Shown here one piece after another: positions 39,478 through 49,646 of a stretch of 64,000 bases of DNA (position 1 is the stretch's first letter; the number at the start of each line of letters is the position of its first letter). The notes beneath the pieces are model-generated. The model saw nothing but the letters and a program-made list of their open reading frames with translations, did not search any database and was not told where the DNA came from. The translations under genes and the position numbers were made by a program. The stretch is from Bacteroidota bacterium. Lineage in GTDB: Bacteria; Bacteroidota; Bacteroidia; NS11-12g; UBA955. The stretch spans positions 16,567-80,566 of the forward strand of contig VGGQ01000001.1 in assembly GCA_016868535.1 (NCBI GenBank). Reading direction: 5' to 3'.

Positions 39478-41109
39478 GTGAAAATTGCTCTGGCTCAGCT
39501 CAATTACAGAATCGGGGATTTTGAGCTGAATACTTCCAAAATGTATGAGGCCATAACAGAGGCCAAATCACAGGGGGCAGACTTGGTGGTATTTAGCGAA
39601 CTCTCCGTTTCCGGTTATCCTCCGGGTGATTTGCTTGACTACGAATGGTTTGTGGAAAAATGCGAACAAAGCATGGATGCGATTGCCCAAAGTTGTCAGG
39701 GTATTGCCGCCATTGTTGGGGGTGTGATGCGCAACCGCGATAAGGGCCGTGGGCTTTTTAATGTGTCCTGCTTTTTACAAAACGGTCGTATTGAACATAT
39801 AGTCAGAAAAACATTGCTGCCGACCTATGATGTCTTCTCAGAATCAAGGTATTTTGAGCCTGCCGATGCATGCCAAATTTTTGAGTTTAAAGGTTTGAAA
39901 ATAGGCATAGCCATATGTGAAGACATTTGGGATGTGTATAATGAATTTCTGTACGAAAAGAGTCCTTTGCAATACCTGAAAAACGAGGGGGCGCAGCTCA
40001 TCATTCATCCCAGCGCGTCGCCATTCAACGTGGGTAAAATCAGGATGCGTGACAAGGTCTTTGCCGGAAATATTGAACGTTTTGGTTTGCCTATTGTATA
40101 CGTAAACCAGGTAGGTGCACACGCAGATTTAATCTTCGACGGAGACAGCCAAGTTATTAACGCAGAAGGTAAAACTGTGAAGCAACTGCCACTGTTTGAA
40201 GAAAAGGTAGAATACATCACTTTCGGTAAAAACGATTTTCTTGGCATTCCCGTAAATTCTTCGGAACCCGAAGAAACAGCGCTCATGCAAGATGCCATAG
40301 TGTATGGCATTAAGGATTACTGCCGTAAAACGGGTTTTAAAAAAGTAATTCTCGGGTCTTCCGGCGGCATAGACAGCGCTCTGGTCCAGGCCCTTGCATG
40401 CAAAGCACTGGGATCTGAGAATGTGCTGGCTCTGCTGATGCCTTCTCCCTTTAGCAGTGAAGGATCGATAAATGATGCGAAGCAACTCAGTATCAATTTG
40501 GCTAATGATTTCAGGGTAGTTCCTATCAACGATATATTCTCGACCTATCTGAACACGCTGGAGCCTGCCTTTGAAAAGTTGCCCCAGAACATTACGGAAG
40601 AGAACCTGCAGACCAGAATCAGGGCAAACCTGCTCATGGCCATGAGCAATAATATGGGATATTTACTGCTCAATACCAGTAACAAAAGTGAAATGTCGGT
40701 TGGTTACAGCACACTTTACGGAGATATGTGCGGTGGCCTCAGCCCCATCGGGGATGTATGGAAAACCAAGGTTTATGCTTTGGCAAAATACATGAACCGC
40801 AAAAATGAAATTATACCCAATGCAATTCTGACCAAAGCCCCTTCAGCGGAACTCAGACCCGGTCAAAAGGATACCGATAGCCTGCCTGAATATGCAATTC
40901 TGGATGAAATTCTTCACTGGTATGTGGAAGAAAGACGCAGTCGGGAAGAAATAAAAGCACAGGGTTATGATTCGGCCATGGTAGACAAAATTATAAACAT
41001 GGTAAACAAGGCGGAATACAAACGTTTTCAGTCTCCGCCCGTACTCAGGATAACTTCCAAGGCCTTTGGAAGAGGCCGACAAATGCCACTGGTTGCATTC
41101 CATGGGTAA
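39478..41109 (+). CDS. nadE: Glutamine-dependent NAD+ synthetase
   Basis: Nitrilase domain (FSELSVSGYPP, ICEDIW), SGGIDS, ENLQTRIR, NKSE...GYSTLYGD, PSAELRPGQKD. Confidence 0.97.
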   Translation: MKIALAQLNYRIGDFELNTSKMYEAITEAKSQGADLVVFSELSVSGYPPGDLLDYEWFVEKCEQSMDAIAQSCQGIAAIVGGVMRNRDKGRGLFNVSCFLQNGRIEHIVRKTLLPTYDVFSESRYFEPADACQIFEFKGLKIGIAICEDIWDVYNEFLYEKSPLQYLKNEGAQLIIHPSASPFNVGKIRMRDKVFAGNIERFGLPIVYVNQVGAHADLIFDGDSQVINAEGKTVKQLPLFEEKVEYITFGKNDFLGIPVNSSEPEETALMQDAIVYGIKDYCRKTGFKKVILGSSGGIDSALVQALACKALGSENVLALLMPSPFSSEGSINDAKQLSINLANDFRVVPINDIFSTYLNTLEPAFEKLPQNITEENLQTRIRANLLMAMSNNMGYLLLNTSNKSEMSVGYSTLYGDMCGGLSPIGDVWKTKVYALAKYMNRKNEIIPNAILTKAPSAELRPGQKDTDSLPEYAILDEILHWYVEERRSREEIKAQGYDSAMVDKIINMVNKAEYKRFQSPPVLRITSKAFGRGRQMPLVAFHG

Positions 41110-42229
41110 GGAATTGCCCCACAACTTCTGGCTAATGAGCACAGGCTCATTACTTTTTTTTCTGTCTTTCAACATCTTACTGCCCGAATTGCCTGAGATT
41201 TTGAGAAAAATGGGAGGTGAGGAATACCTGGGTTTTATACTGCCTGCTTTTGCCTTCAGCGCATTGCTGGCAAGACCCTTCAGCGGTTGGGTTACTGACG
41301 TTCTGGGGCGCAGGTATGCAATGATTGGAGGAGCTTTGTTTTGTGTTGCTGCCGGTTTGTTGTATCCATGGGCAAACGCTGTATGGTTGTTTTTCCTAAT
41401 TCGTTTTCTTCATGGTTTTTCCACGGGATTTTCACCCACCGGTTTTACCGCGTTTACAACCGATGTGGTAGGTGAAGATAGAAGAGGTGAAGCATTGGGA
41501 TGGCATGGAATTTTCAGCAATAGCGGAACAGCTGCCGGATATGCATTGGGTGCCTGGCTGGTTCTGTGGTGGGGTCAGTCCGGCCTCTTTCTTAGCAGTT
41601 CTGTGCTTGCTGTCATGGCTATTTTGATTTTCAGCATATTACCCGAAACCAAACCCCATGATAAACGTACTTTGCAGAATACCGGTTTTTTTTACTGGAA
41701 AGCCTGGCCAACTGCCCTGCTCATGCTGCTTGTATGCATTCCTTTGGGCTCTTTATTAACCATCATGCCTGATTACACCACCCACCTTGGCTACAACAAT
41801 AAAGGGATATTTCTGACAGTTTATATCGCAAGCAGTCTGCTGGTGAGGGTTTTCAGTGGAAAACTCAGTGACAGAATGGGTCGTGCGGCAGGCATCGGCA
41901 TTGGCACTGCCTTTCAGGTTTGTGCCTTGCTCTTACTGTTTTACCAAAAAGCTTTTTTCCCTGCTGCAGTGCTTTATGGAATTGGACAAGGCTTTAATGC
42001 TCCTTCCCTGTTTGCCTGGGCCGGCGATGTAAGCACTCCGCAAACCCGTGGCCGGGCATTGTCAATGCTGTTTATGGCACTTGAAACCGGCATTATTGTG
42101 GGAGGCATCGGTTCGGGTTTTATTTTAAATCATTTTAAAAACAGTTACAATCTTGTATTTGGATTTTGCGGTATTGCCTCAATTCTGGCACTGGCCTTTG
42201 CAGTCTCTCAACACAAAAAAAGCCCGTAA
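41102..42229 (+). CDS. MFS transporter
   Basis: Twelve-TM pattern, RPFSGWVTDVLGRR, GKLSDRMGR; ATG 41102 overlaps the nadE stop. Confidence 0.9.
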   Translation: MGKELPHNFWLMSTGSLLFFLSFNILLPELPEILRKMGGEEYLGFILPAFAFSALLARPFSGWVTDVLGRRYAMIGGALFCVAAGLLYPWANAVWLFFLIRFLHGFSTGFSPTGFTAFTTDVVGEDRRGEALGWHGIFSNSGTAAGYALGAWLVLWWGQSGLFLSSSVLAVMAILIFSILPETKPHDKRTLQNTGFFYWKAWPTALLMLLVCIPLGSLLTIMPDYTTHLGYNNKGIFLTVYIASSLLVRVFSGKLSDRMGRAAGIGIGTAFQVCALLLLFYQKAFFPAAVLYGIGQGFNAPSLFAWAGDVSTPQTRGRALSMLFMALETGIIVGGIGSGFILNHFKNSYNLVFGFCGIASILALAFAVSQHKKSP

Positions 42230-42242
42230 TAGCGGGCCTTTT
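42215..42242. terminator. Bidirectional intrinsic terminator
   Basis: A7-GCCCG-TAATAG-CGGGC-C-T4 between convergent genes. Confidence 0.7.
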
Positions 42243-42262
42243 CTATATTGAATTTCGAGAAA

Positions 42263-42838
42263 TTAATAGTAGCTGAAGTGATTCAAAAGCCACGTCACAT
42301 CTGACTTCCACTTTCCGTAAATATTAAATGAACCAAACATGAAGTTAACCATTTCATACTCGTCTTTTGCCGGTCTGCCGTATTTGGCTTCAAACTTTTT
42401 GTCCATCACATCCATGTAGTATTTGAAATCAAGCATACAATCGTGCCAGTTATTGAATACGGCGTAATAATTATGCCCTGATCGCACTGATGTGGTTTTT
42501 CTTCCTGTTCCTGGAAAACGCATTCCGGTAAGATTGGCATAGTGCTTGGCGTAATAACTGTTTTTACCATCGGCACCACTCTCCTCAATCTTTATAACGG
42601 TAAATAATTTTGCCCAGCGCCCCACACTCTTTTTGGCCACTGTGTAAAGATGCTGCGCTTTAGGAATGGTTTTTAGCGACAACTGCAAAGTATCAAATTG
42701 CAACTTATCTCCTGAAATCACAACCTCATCTTTTGCCACTGTATCAGACTCCAAATTCAGGGTGCGTCTTTGGTTTAATGTAGCGGCTGTAGCCACAAAC
42801 ATTATTACAAAAACCAGTGTTGTCAGCAGATTTTTCAT
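42263..42838 (-). CDS. Secreted glucosaminidase (GH73)/lysozyme-like protein
   Basis: Signal peptide; IEESG...S.YAK...NLTGMR.P...R.TT.......YAVFNNW.D...DF pattern. Confidence 0.6.
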   Translation of the reverse strand: MKNLLTTLVFVIMFVATAATLNQRRTLNLESDTVAKDEVVISGDKLQFDTLQLSLKTIPKAQHLYTVAKKSVGRWAKLFTVIKIEESGADGKNSYYAKHYANLTGMRFPGTGRKTTSVRSGHNYYAVFNNWHDCMLDFKYYMDVMDKKFEAKYGRPAKDEYEMVNFMFGSFNIYGKWKSDVTWLLNHFSYY

Positions 42839-42850
42839 TAATCAATATTA

Positions 42851-42867
42851 GACAATTACTATGCCAA
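42851..42867 (-). promoter_or_regulatory. Putative sigma54 -24/-12 promoter
   Basis: TTGGCAT-AGTAA-TTGT with correct N5 spacing; T replaces the -12 C. Confidence 0.5.
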
Positions 42868-42997
42868 AATATTCTCTGCCTGTATTTAATTGAATTACTG
42901 ATAGTTAAAAACATATATTAATAGCCTCTTAATTTTAAAAACCAATATAGGCTATCAGCGGAATCTGAATAAATTTGGTGTGAAAAAGTATCAATAC

Positions 42998-44908
42998 TTA
43001 AATTGTAAAAACAACCCCCCCAATGTCTTTGGACACACGGCTTCTGAGCTCATTTAAATAATTTAGCATTTCCAGTGTATCTGACACATCTGTTTCAGGA
43101 TCCTGAAGCAACAAAGTGTAATGTTTAATCAGATTGTCCAGTTTCTTCTTTCGCAGATACAAAAACACAGCTGTTATCTCATTCTTAAAATTATCTTCTT
43201 CCTTTTTAACATGAATAAAATTGTCAGCAAAAGCGCTGCTGAGTTCGTAACCGGATGAAAGAACACCGGCTGCCCATGAAGCTATATCAGCATTCGAATG
43301 TTGCGTAAAATATGACTGACCCGGCCATTTATCCCAAACACCAAACTTAATCTGGGCCACCAGCAAAGCACACATCTCATCATTAAACAGCAGCTGATTG
43401 TCTTCTTTTATTTCTTTTATGATAAAGTCGCTGACCTTGCTGTTTTCATCCCATGTTTCATCACCATGTAACAATAAAATCCGGAACAAAGCCCTCTCCT
43501 GGTGCACATCGGTAAGTTCTTCCCTGGGGAATTCAATTCCTGAGGCAGTTGTTAGTTGTTTTACTTCCTTTATAAAATCCTGTTCATTTTTCAGGTTTTT
43601 ACTCCTGAGCAACTTACCAAGTTCTGCTGCGAGCAGTGCCTCGTCAATCTTGCAAACTCTGGCCAATTCCTGACTCATCGCATTGCGCTTAAGCGCATCG
43701 TTCATACAGGCAACACTTTGCAAAATATCCCGTATGGCTTCCGATTTTTTTATTGGGTCATCGCCGCATTCAGAAAGCAATAGTTTGGCCTTAAACAGAA
43801 TGAAATTCTGCTCTTCAGAATACAGATAATCGGAGAATGCCTCACCGCCAAGTTTTGAGCAATACGAATCCGGATCCTTGCCTTCCGGCAATGATACAAC
43901 CCTGACATTAAGATCATCCGCAAGCAACAGATCTATTCCCCTGAGCGAAGCTTTTATACCGGCCGCATCCCCATCGTATAAAACTGTAACATTGGGGGTA
44001 AACCTTCTTATCAATTTTATTTGACTGGGGGTAAGTGCCGTCCCGCTGCTGGCCACCACATTTTCAATTCCGGCTTGGTGCAGGGTAATCACATCGGTAT
44101 AACCTTCTGTCAGATATACCTTATCCTGCTTTTTAATGGCATTTTTTGCCTGAAAAATCCCATAAAGAAAATCACTTTTCTTGTACAACTCCGTTTCCGG
44201 AGAATTCACATATTTAGGCGCGGGATCTGTACTGCTCATTTTGCGCCCTGCAAAGCCCAGCAATTTACCACTGACACCTACAAGAGGGAATATTACCCTG
44301 TTTCTGTATAAATCATAAAAAGAGCCATTGTCACGCTTTTTGATCAAACCGGCCAGTTCAAGATTTTCAGACTTATACCCTTGTTTTGTTGCTTTCAGTG
44401 TAAAAGCCTCCCAGTCTTCCGGACTATAACCCAGTCTCCATTTGCGAATGGTTTCATATGTGTAACCGCGCTCTTTAAAATAAGGCATGGCCTTGGTTTT
44501 ACCCTCAACCTCATCGTGCAACTGGTTTTCAAAAAAACCGGCAGCATAATCCAATGCGGCCTGAAGACTCTCCCTTACTTTCTGCTTTTCTCTGTATTCA
44601 TCATCATCTCTGTTGCCGGTTTCAATTAATTCTATACCATAACGGGCTGCAAGTGCTTTTGCTGCTTCCGGATAAGACATATTATCAATTTCCATGAGAA
44701 ATTGAATGGCATTACCTCCTTTCTGACAACCAAAACATTTGTAAATCCCCATGCCCGGCGACACAATAAAACTGGGGGTTTTTTCATCATGAAAAGGACA
44801 CAACCCTTTATATCTTGAGCCTGAACGTTTAAGGCTGACATAGTCCCCTACAACATCCTCAATAACAACAGCATTTAACAATTGCTCTATGGAGCCGGGA
44901 CTGATCAT
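42998..44908 (-). CDS. dnaG: DNA primase
   Basis: CPFHDEKTPSF...CFGC zinc finger, KYVNSPET, EGYTDV, YDGDAAG, KDPD. Confidence 0.97.
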   Translation of the reverse strand: MISPGSIEQLLNAVVIEDVVGDYVSLKRSGSRYKGLCPFHDEKTPSFIVSPGMGIYKCFGCQKGGNAIQFLMEIDNMSYPEAAKALAARYGIELIETGNRDDDEYREKQKVRESLQAALDYAAGFFENQLHDEVEGKTKAMPYFKERGYTYETIRKWRLGYSPEDWEAFTLKATKQGYKSENLELAGLIKKRDNGSFYDLYRNRVIFPLVGVSGKLLGFAGRKMSSTDPAPKYVNSPETELYKKSDFLYGIFQAKNAIKKQDKVYLTEGYTDVITLHQAGIENVVASSGTALTPSQIKLIRRFTPNVTVLYDGDAAGIKASLRGIDLLLADDLNVRVVSLPEGKDPDSYCSKLGGEAFSDYLYSEEQNFILFKAKLLLSECGDDPIKKSEAIRDILQSVACMNDALKRNAMSQELARVCKIDEALLAAELGKLLRSKNLKNEQDFIKEVKQLTTASGIEFPREELTDVHQERALFRILLLHGDETWDENSKVSDFIIKEIKEDNQLLFNDEMCALLVAQIKFGVWDKWPGQSYFTQHSNADIASWAAGVLSSGYELSSAFADNFIHVKKEEDNFKNEITAVFLYLRKKKLDNLIKHYTLLLQDPETDVSDTLEMLNYLNELRSRVSKDIGGVVFTI

Positions 44909-44925
44909 GCCCCGAAATTAAGAAA

Positions 44926-45516
44926 TTAACGGAAAGATTTCAATAAACTTACGCGGCCATCCACACAATCTTTTCTCACAATTCCGGCATTGCCGCTAAA
45001 ATAGCGCATGATCTACTTATGCTTGGGAGCAGACCTGAGCTTTATCACATTGTAATACATCACGTCACCTACACTCAAGGTAGGAAAGTTAGGTTACGGT
45101 ATCACCATCTCCCATTACTCCGCTGAACAAAGTGGCATTGTAATACATTTCCACAACCTGTCTGTAAAACGTATCCTTGTATAACAGAGCCCAGCGTGCC
45201 GTATTTTCAACGGTAGACATGCAACTTACCAACTGATGGCTGTCTCCGGTGGAATGCAGTTCGTAGGAAATGAACTCTTGTTCCAGATTATCAAAACGCA
45301 TCTTGCCATACAGTCTGTTTTTTTAAGAATAACAGTTTCATTTTGCGTTGTGTCTGTTGACAAATAATATATCCAGGCACTGCCTTCAGGAAAACTGAAA
45401 ATACTTTTGAAATTTGCATCCAGGCTATACAATTCCTTTGAAACAAGCTTTCTACAACCCGAAACCGACAAAAAAATTCTCCCTGTCAGAAATGCTATGT
45501 AGAATACTTGTCTCAA
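44926..45516 (-). pseudogene. Degraded lipoprotein gene
   Basis: Lipobox VSGC; reading frame can be stitched across a frameshift at A7 (45318-45324), a stop/frameshift near 45089 and an in-frame TAG near 45014. Confidence 0.7.
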
Positions 45517-45562
45517 GGTGTTTAAATTTGCAGAGTAACTGAAAAAACACAATATCGCAAAA

Positions 45563-46783
45563 ATGCTACACACTGCAGAAAAACGGAATGCATTGATTGA
45601 TATCATAAAAGCACAGGCCAAAGCGCTGAAACCCATGCTGACAGAGATGCGCAGGCATTTACACATGAATCCCGAACTATCTTTTCAGGAATACAATACA
45701 GCAGCGTGGGTGGAGGATTATTTACAGAACAAACTGGGTTTAGAGAGCAGGCGTCTGGCCAATACCGGTGTTGTTGCGCTAATTGAAGGCAAAGGCAAGG
45801 AAGGGAATAAGGTAGTTGGACTTCGCGCAGACATGGATGCATTGCCCATTACAGAAGTATCTGATGGCAGACCCTACAGAAGCCTCAATGAGGGTGTGAT
45901 GCATGCTTGTGGTCATGACATGCATACCACATCACTGCTGGGTGCCGCCACGATATTGAACACACTCAGCCATGAATTTTCAGGTACTATAAAACTGGTT
46001 TTTCAGCCCGCTGAGGAGAAATTACCCGGAGGTGCAAGCCTTATGATTGCTGACGGGGTATTACAAAATCCAAAACCCGATGTAATGATAGGACAACATG
46101 TAATGCCTCAGATTGCTACCGGTAAAACCGGCTTCAGACCCGGACTGTATATGGCAAGCACCGACGAAATATACATAACTATCCATGGTAAAGGCGGCCA
46201 TGGGGCTATGCCGCATTTCAATATTGATCCAGTTTTGATTGCCGCAAACATTATCACGGGCCTGCAACAGGTGGTCTCGCGCAACGCCAATCCAGCTGTA
46301 CCTTCTGTGCTTTCATTTGGAAAGGTTATTGCCAACGGCACTACAAACGTTATTCCACCTGAGGTAAAACTGGAGGGAACATTCAGAACGCTAAATGAAC
46401 AATGGCGAACGGAGGCACATGAAAAAATCACCCGGATGGCTACAGGAATTGCCGAAAGCATGGGTGGCAGTGTAGATGTTGAAATCCGACGTGGATACCC
46501 ATTGCTGCAAAACGATGAGGAACTGACCCATCGCTGCAAAAGCGCTGCAGCAGATTATTTAGGAGATGAATTTGTAGAAAACCTGGACATCTGGATGGCC
46601 GCTGAAGATTTTGCATATTACTCGCAGGAAGTACCCAGTTGTTTTTACAGGCTTGGCGTCAGAAATGAAGCAAAGGGGATTGTGAACAGCGTACACCACC
46701 CTGCTTTCGATACAGATGAAGATGCATTGGAAGATGGAGCCGGATTATTTGCCTGGCTGGCCATTCAGGAACTGGGAAAATAA
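45563..46783 (+). CDS. M20D family amidohydrolase
   Basis: RRHLHMNPELSFQE, LRADMDALP, MHACGHD, FQPAEE, AEDFAYY; TAAATTTG -7 element at 45523-45530. Confidence 0.95.
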   Translation: MLHTAEKRNALIDIIKAQAKALKPMLTEMRRHLHMNPELSFQEYNTAAWVEDYLQNKLGLESRRLANTGVVALIEGKGKEGNKVVGLRADMDALPITEVSDGRPYRSLNEGVMHACGHDMHTTSLLGAATILNTLSHEFSGTIKLVFQPAEEKLPGGASLMIADGVLQNPKPDVMIGQHVMPQIATGKTGFRPGLYMASTDEIYITIHGKGGHGAMPHFNIDPVLIAANIITGLQQVVSRNANPAVPSVLSFGKVIANGTTNVIPPEVKLEGTFRTLNEQWRTEAHEKITRMATGIAESMGGSVDVEIRRGYPLLQNDEELTHRCKSAAADYLGDEFVENLDIWMAAEDFAYYSQEVPSCFYRLGVRNEAKGIVNSVHHPAFDTDEDALEDGAGLFAWLAIQELGK

Positions 46784-46786
46784 AAA

Positions 46787-47188
46787 TCAGGCGCCGATAA
46801 CCTGCCTCAGGCTATCAACTGCAGAATCCCAGATAGAAGCCACCATGTCTTCTTCACCACTGTCTATGAACTCTGTTATAATCAGCTCCACGTCTCCGGT
46901 TATATCATCCTGAGATATTCTGAACTCCAAATATTCATCATCCGTATGAGCGTTATCCAGCGTAAAACGAATATACTTATTTGTTACATTCCTTACCAGC
47001 ACGGCATTAACTTCTGTATCATCTTCCCACCGAAAACGGTAGCGCCTTGATGCAATTATATCCACATAATCTGCAAACCAGCTTTGCAGGCCTGATGGAT
47101 TGCTAATGTACTGATACAAAACATGGGTTGAGGACCTGAGCGGATATTCAAGTTCCAGTTTAAGACGGTTATTGGTTGAAGAACTCAT
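46787..47188 (-). CDS. START-like domain protein
   Basis: LEYPL.SS..VLY.YIS.PSGLQ.WFAD.V, D.ITGDV.LIIT.F, L.QVIGA; ATG 47188. Confidence 0.88.
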   Translation of the reverse strand: MSSSTNNRLKLELEYPLRSSTHVLYQYISNPSGLQSWFADYVDIIASRRYRFRWEDDTEVNAVLVRNVTNKYIRFTLDNAHTDDEYLEFRISQDDITGDVELIITEFIDSGEEDMVASIWDSAVDSLRQVIGA

Positions 47189-47287
47189 AGCTAGAAGTGT
47201 AACTGACTTGCAAAAAAAACAATTTAAAGCATATTTCAAAATGAAAATGACTGGAATATTGATAATATTATCTTTGCAGGGAGGCAT

Positions 47288-47887
47288 ATGCGAGGAAAAT
47301 ATTATTTCGGAACTTCCGTCTCTGTTATTGTGTTGTCATTTTTATGGCTGATTTTTGTTCCGTGTTACGCTCCCACTCTGTGGGCCAACCAATTGCACCG
47401 GCCTGCTCTGGATTCTTTTTTTTCGCAGTGTAGTTTTTGGGGTGAATGGCCGCTTATTTCTGTTGCAATCGGATATGCACTTTTCCGTGAACCCAAACTT
47501 GGATTATGGTTTGGACTTTGTTTTCTCCTAGAGTTGTTTATCGTTCAGGGGCTTAAATTCGGACTCAATGAACCCCGGCCTATACAGGAGCTGGGCACGA
47601 AACTTTTCGAAGTACCCGGAAACCCTATTGCTGACTGGAGGTCATTCCCAAGCGGACATACTGCCGGCACTTTCACAGCATTGGGATTTTTCGCTATAAT
47701 CAGCAAATACAGGTCTTTTGAAATATTGTATGTTATTTTAGCAGTTTTGGTAGGATTTTCGCGGTTGTATCTTGGGCAGCACTATCTGCACGATGTAGCC
47801 GGGGGCATTTGTATTGCCTTATTTGTCTGGCTGCTTTTCAGGTTTGGACATAACCGGATTTCGTTGCTAAAGAATTTATCCTGGTGA
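47288..47887 (+). CDS. PAP2 family membrane phosphatase
   Basis: K......RP, SFPSGHT, SRLYLGQHY..DV; TATCTTTG -7 element at 47269-47276. Confidence 0.92.
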   Translation: MRGKYYFGTSVSVIVLSFLWLIFVPCYAPTLWANQLHRPALDSFFSQCSFWGEWPLISVAIGYALFREPKLGLWFGLCFLLELFIVQGLKFGLNEPRPIQELGTKLFEVPGNPIADWRSFPSGHTAGTFTALGFFAIISKYRSFEILYVILAVLVGFSRLYLGQHYLHDVAGGICIALFVWLLFRFGHNRISLLKNLSW

Positions 47888-49587
47888 GCCGTAAAACTGC
47901 CATACATCTCATTATTACCCTGGGGGCCGCCCTATTGCACATCCCTTTTCTGGGCAGTTTCCATTTGTTTGACTGGGACGAAATAAACTTTGCCGAAGCT
48001 GCCCGTGAAATGCTGGTTACAGGCGATTGGGGCCGCGTGCAAATAGCTTTTGAACCATTTTGGGAAAAACCACCTCTATTCATCTGGCTTCAGGCCGGCT
48101 GCATGAAAGTTTTTGGCATCAATGAATTTGCGGCTCGCTTACCCAATGCCATTGCTGGAATTGTTTCACTGAATATCTTTTATCATATCGGCAAGAAACA
48201 TGTAGGCCATTTTTTGGGACTGTTCTTTATCCTTGCCTACGCAGGCAGCCTCGCGCCTGCATTATATTTCAAAACAGGAATTATTGATCCTGTGTTTAAT
48301 CTTTTTATTTTTCTATCGGTTTACCAATGGTTTCTGGCAGAACTTGAACTCCGCAAACAAAAAAATGCGCGTATTCACTATCTGTTGTTTGGCTTGTTTT
48401 CCGGACTTGCCTTTTTAACCAAAGGCCCTGTGGCCTTGCTTGTAGCAGGTATTGTGGCCATAACACGTTTGTTTGCAGCCGGAAAAAACGCATGGCCGGG
48501 CTGGCCCAACCTGGGTTTGGTGTTTGCAGCGCTATTTGTAACCATGGGCTCCTGGCTGGGAATGGAAACTTACCAGCATGGCACATGGTTTGTCACGGAA
48601 TTCCTGCGATATCAGGTTGTGTTGGTGCAAGGTCAGATTGAATGGCATAACCAACCCTGGTTTTATCACTTATTGGTACTTTTCTTCTTGTGTGCACCTG
48701 CCTCTGTTCTGGCGTTCCCGTTTTTATTCAGAAACCCCGGCATAAGCACAGGCAACGCCGCCATATTATTTGGCTATATGCGCAGCCTGTTCTGGACAGT
48801 ACTGATTATTTTCTCTATTGTAAGCACCAAAATCATCCACTACAGCAGCCTGTGCTGGATTCCGCTGGCATTTATGGCCGGCTATACTCTTTACGCAGGC
48901 TATACAAAAAGAATGTCTGTATCACGCTGGCTGAGTCTGCCTCTCTTACTGAGCATGGTGCCTATGGCGGCATTTTTTACCATTGCACCCTATTTGCTAA
49001 GTGTGGAAAATCGCTACATTCTTGCACCTTTTTTAGAGAAAAATATTTTTGCCACTAAATTATTGCTTTCAGGGAATATCTGGGGTGGCTGGGAAGGTAT
49101 TCCTGCACTGATTTTTCTGTGCTTTATCCTCATCTGGATTTTCCAGTTTGCAATGGGTATTGTTCGCCAACCCATACCACTGTTCTGGGCTGTTTTATTA
49201 TTTGGGCAATACCTATATATTGTTATTTTGCCGAGGGTGGAAAGGCAACTTCAAGGCGAAGTTATTTCTGCCATTTGCAATGAAACAAAACAAGAAGACA
49301 ATATCGTTGAATCCCGGGACTACAAAACATTTGCCATCCTTTTTTACGGAAACACACTACCCGAGCAATTCAAGGGAAAATGGTCAGAAACTGCAAAGAA
49401 AGACTTTCCGGATGACCCCTCACCCAATTACACTGCCAGAAAACATTGGATTTTGAATAATCCAACAGACAATACCGTCTCAATAATAACACGCTGCGAT
49501 TACCCTGCCGACACAACATTTCATATGCGATTTAGAAAAAAAAAAGAAGCAGGCGCTTATTATTTATGGGGAAAAATCAACCCCTGA
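47884..49587 (+). CDS. ArnT/PMT-like GT-C glycosyltransferase
   Basis: LFDWDEINFAEAAREM, EKPPLFIW, EFAARLP, LTKGPV, H.QPWFY. Confidence 0.9.
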   Translation: MSRKTAIHLIITLGAALLHIPFLGSFHLFDWDEINFAEAAREMLVTGDWGRVQIAFEPFWEKPPLFIWLQAGCMKVFGINEFAARLPNAIAGIVSLNIFYHIGKKHVGHFLGLFFILAYAGSLAPALYFKTGIIDPVFNLFIFLSVYQWFLAELELRKQKNARIHYLLFGLFSGLAFLTKGPVALLVAGIVAITRLFAAGKNAWPGWPNLGLVFAALFVTMGSWLGMETYQHGTWFVTEFLRYQVVLVQGQIEWHNQPWFYHLLVLFFLCAPASVLAFPFLFRNPGISTGNAAILFGYMRSLFWTVLIIFSIVSTKIIHYSSLCWIPLAFMAGYTLYAGYTKRMSVSRWLSLPLLLSMVPMAAFFTIAPYLLSVENRYILAPFLEKNIFATKLLLSGNIWGGWEGIPALIFLCFILIWIFQFAMGIVRQPIPLFWAVLLFGQYLYIVILPRVERQLQGEVISAICNETKQEDNIVESRDYKTFAILFYGNTLPEQFKGKWSETAKKDFPDDPSPNYTARKHWILNNPTDNTVSIITRCDYPADTTFHMRFRKKKEAGAYYLWGKINP

Positions 49588-49646
49588 AAATGCTATTTGG
49601 TAGACCATTTCTGTTACTTTTGCTTAAAGCTGATAAAATGTAAGGG

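Noticed and set aside
45226..45666. 146-aa minus-strand ORF as an intact gene
   Set aside because: Its N-terminus overlaps the amidohydrolase and its C-terminus is out of frame; it is part of the pseudogene
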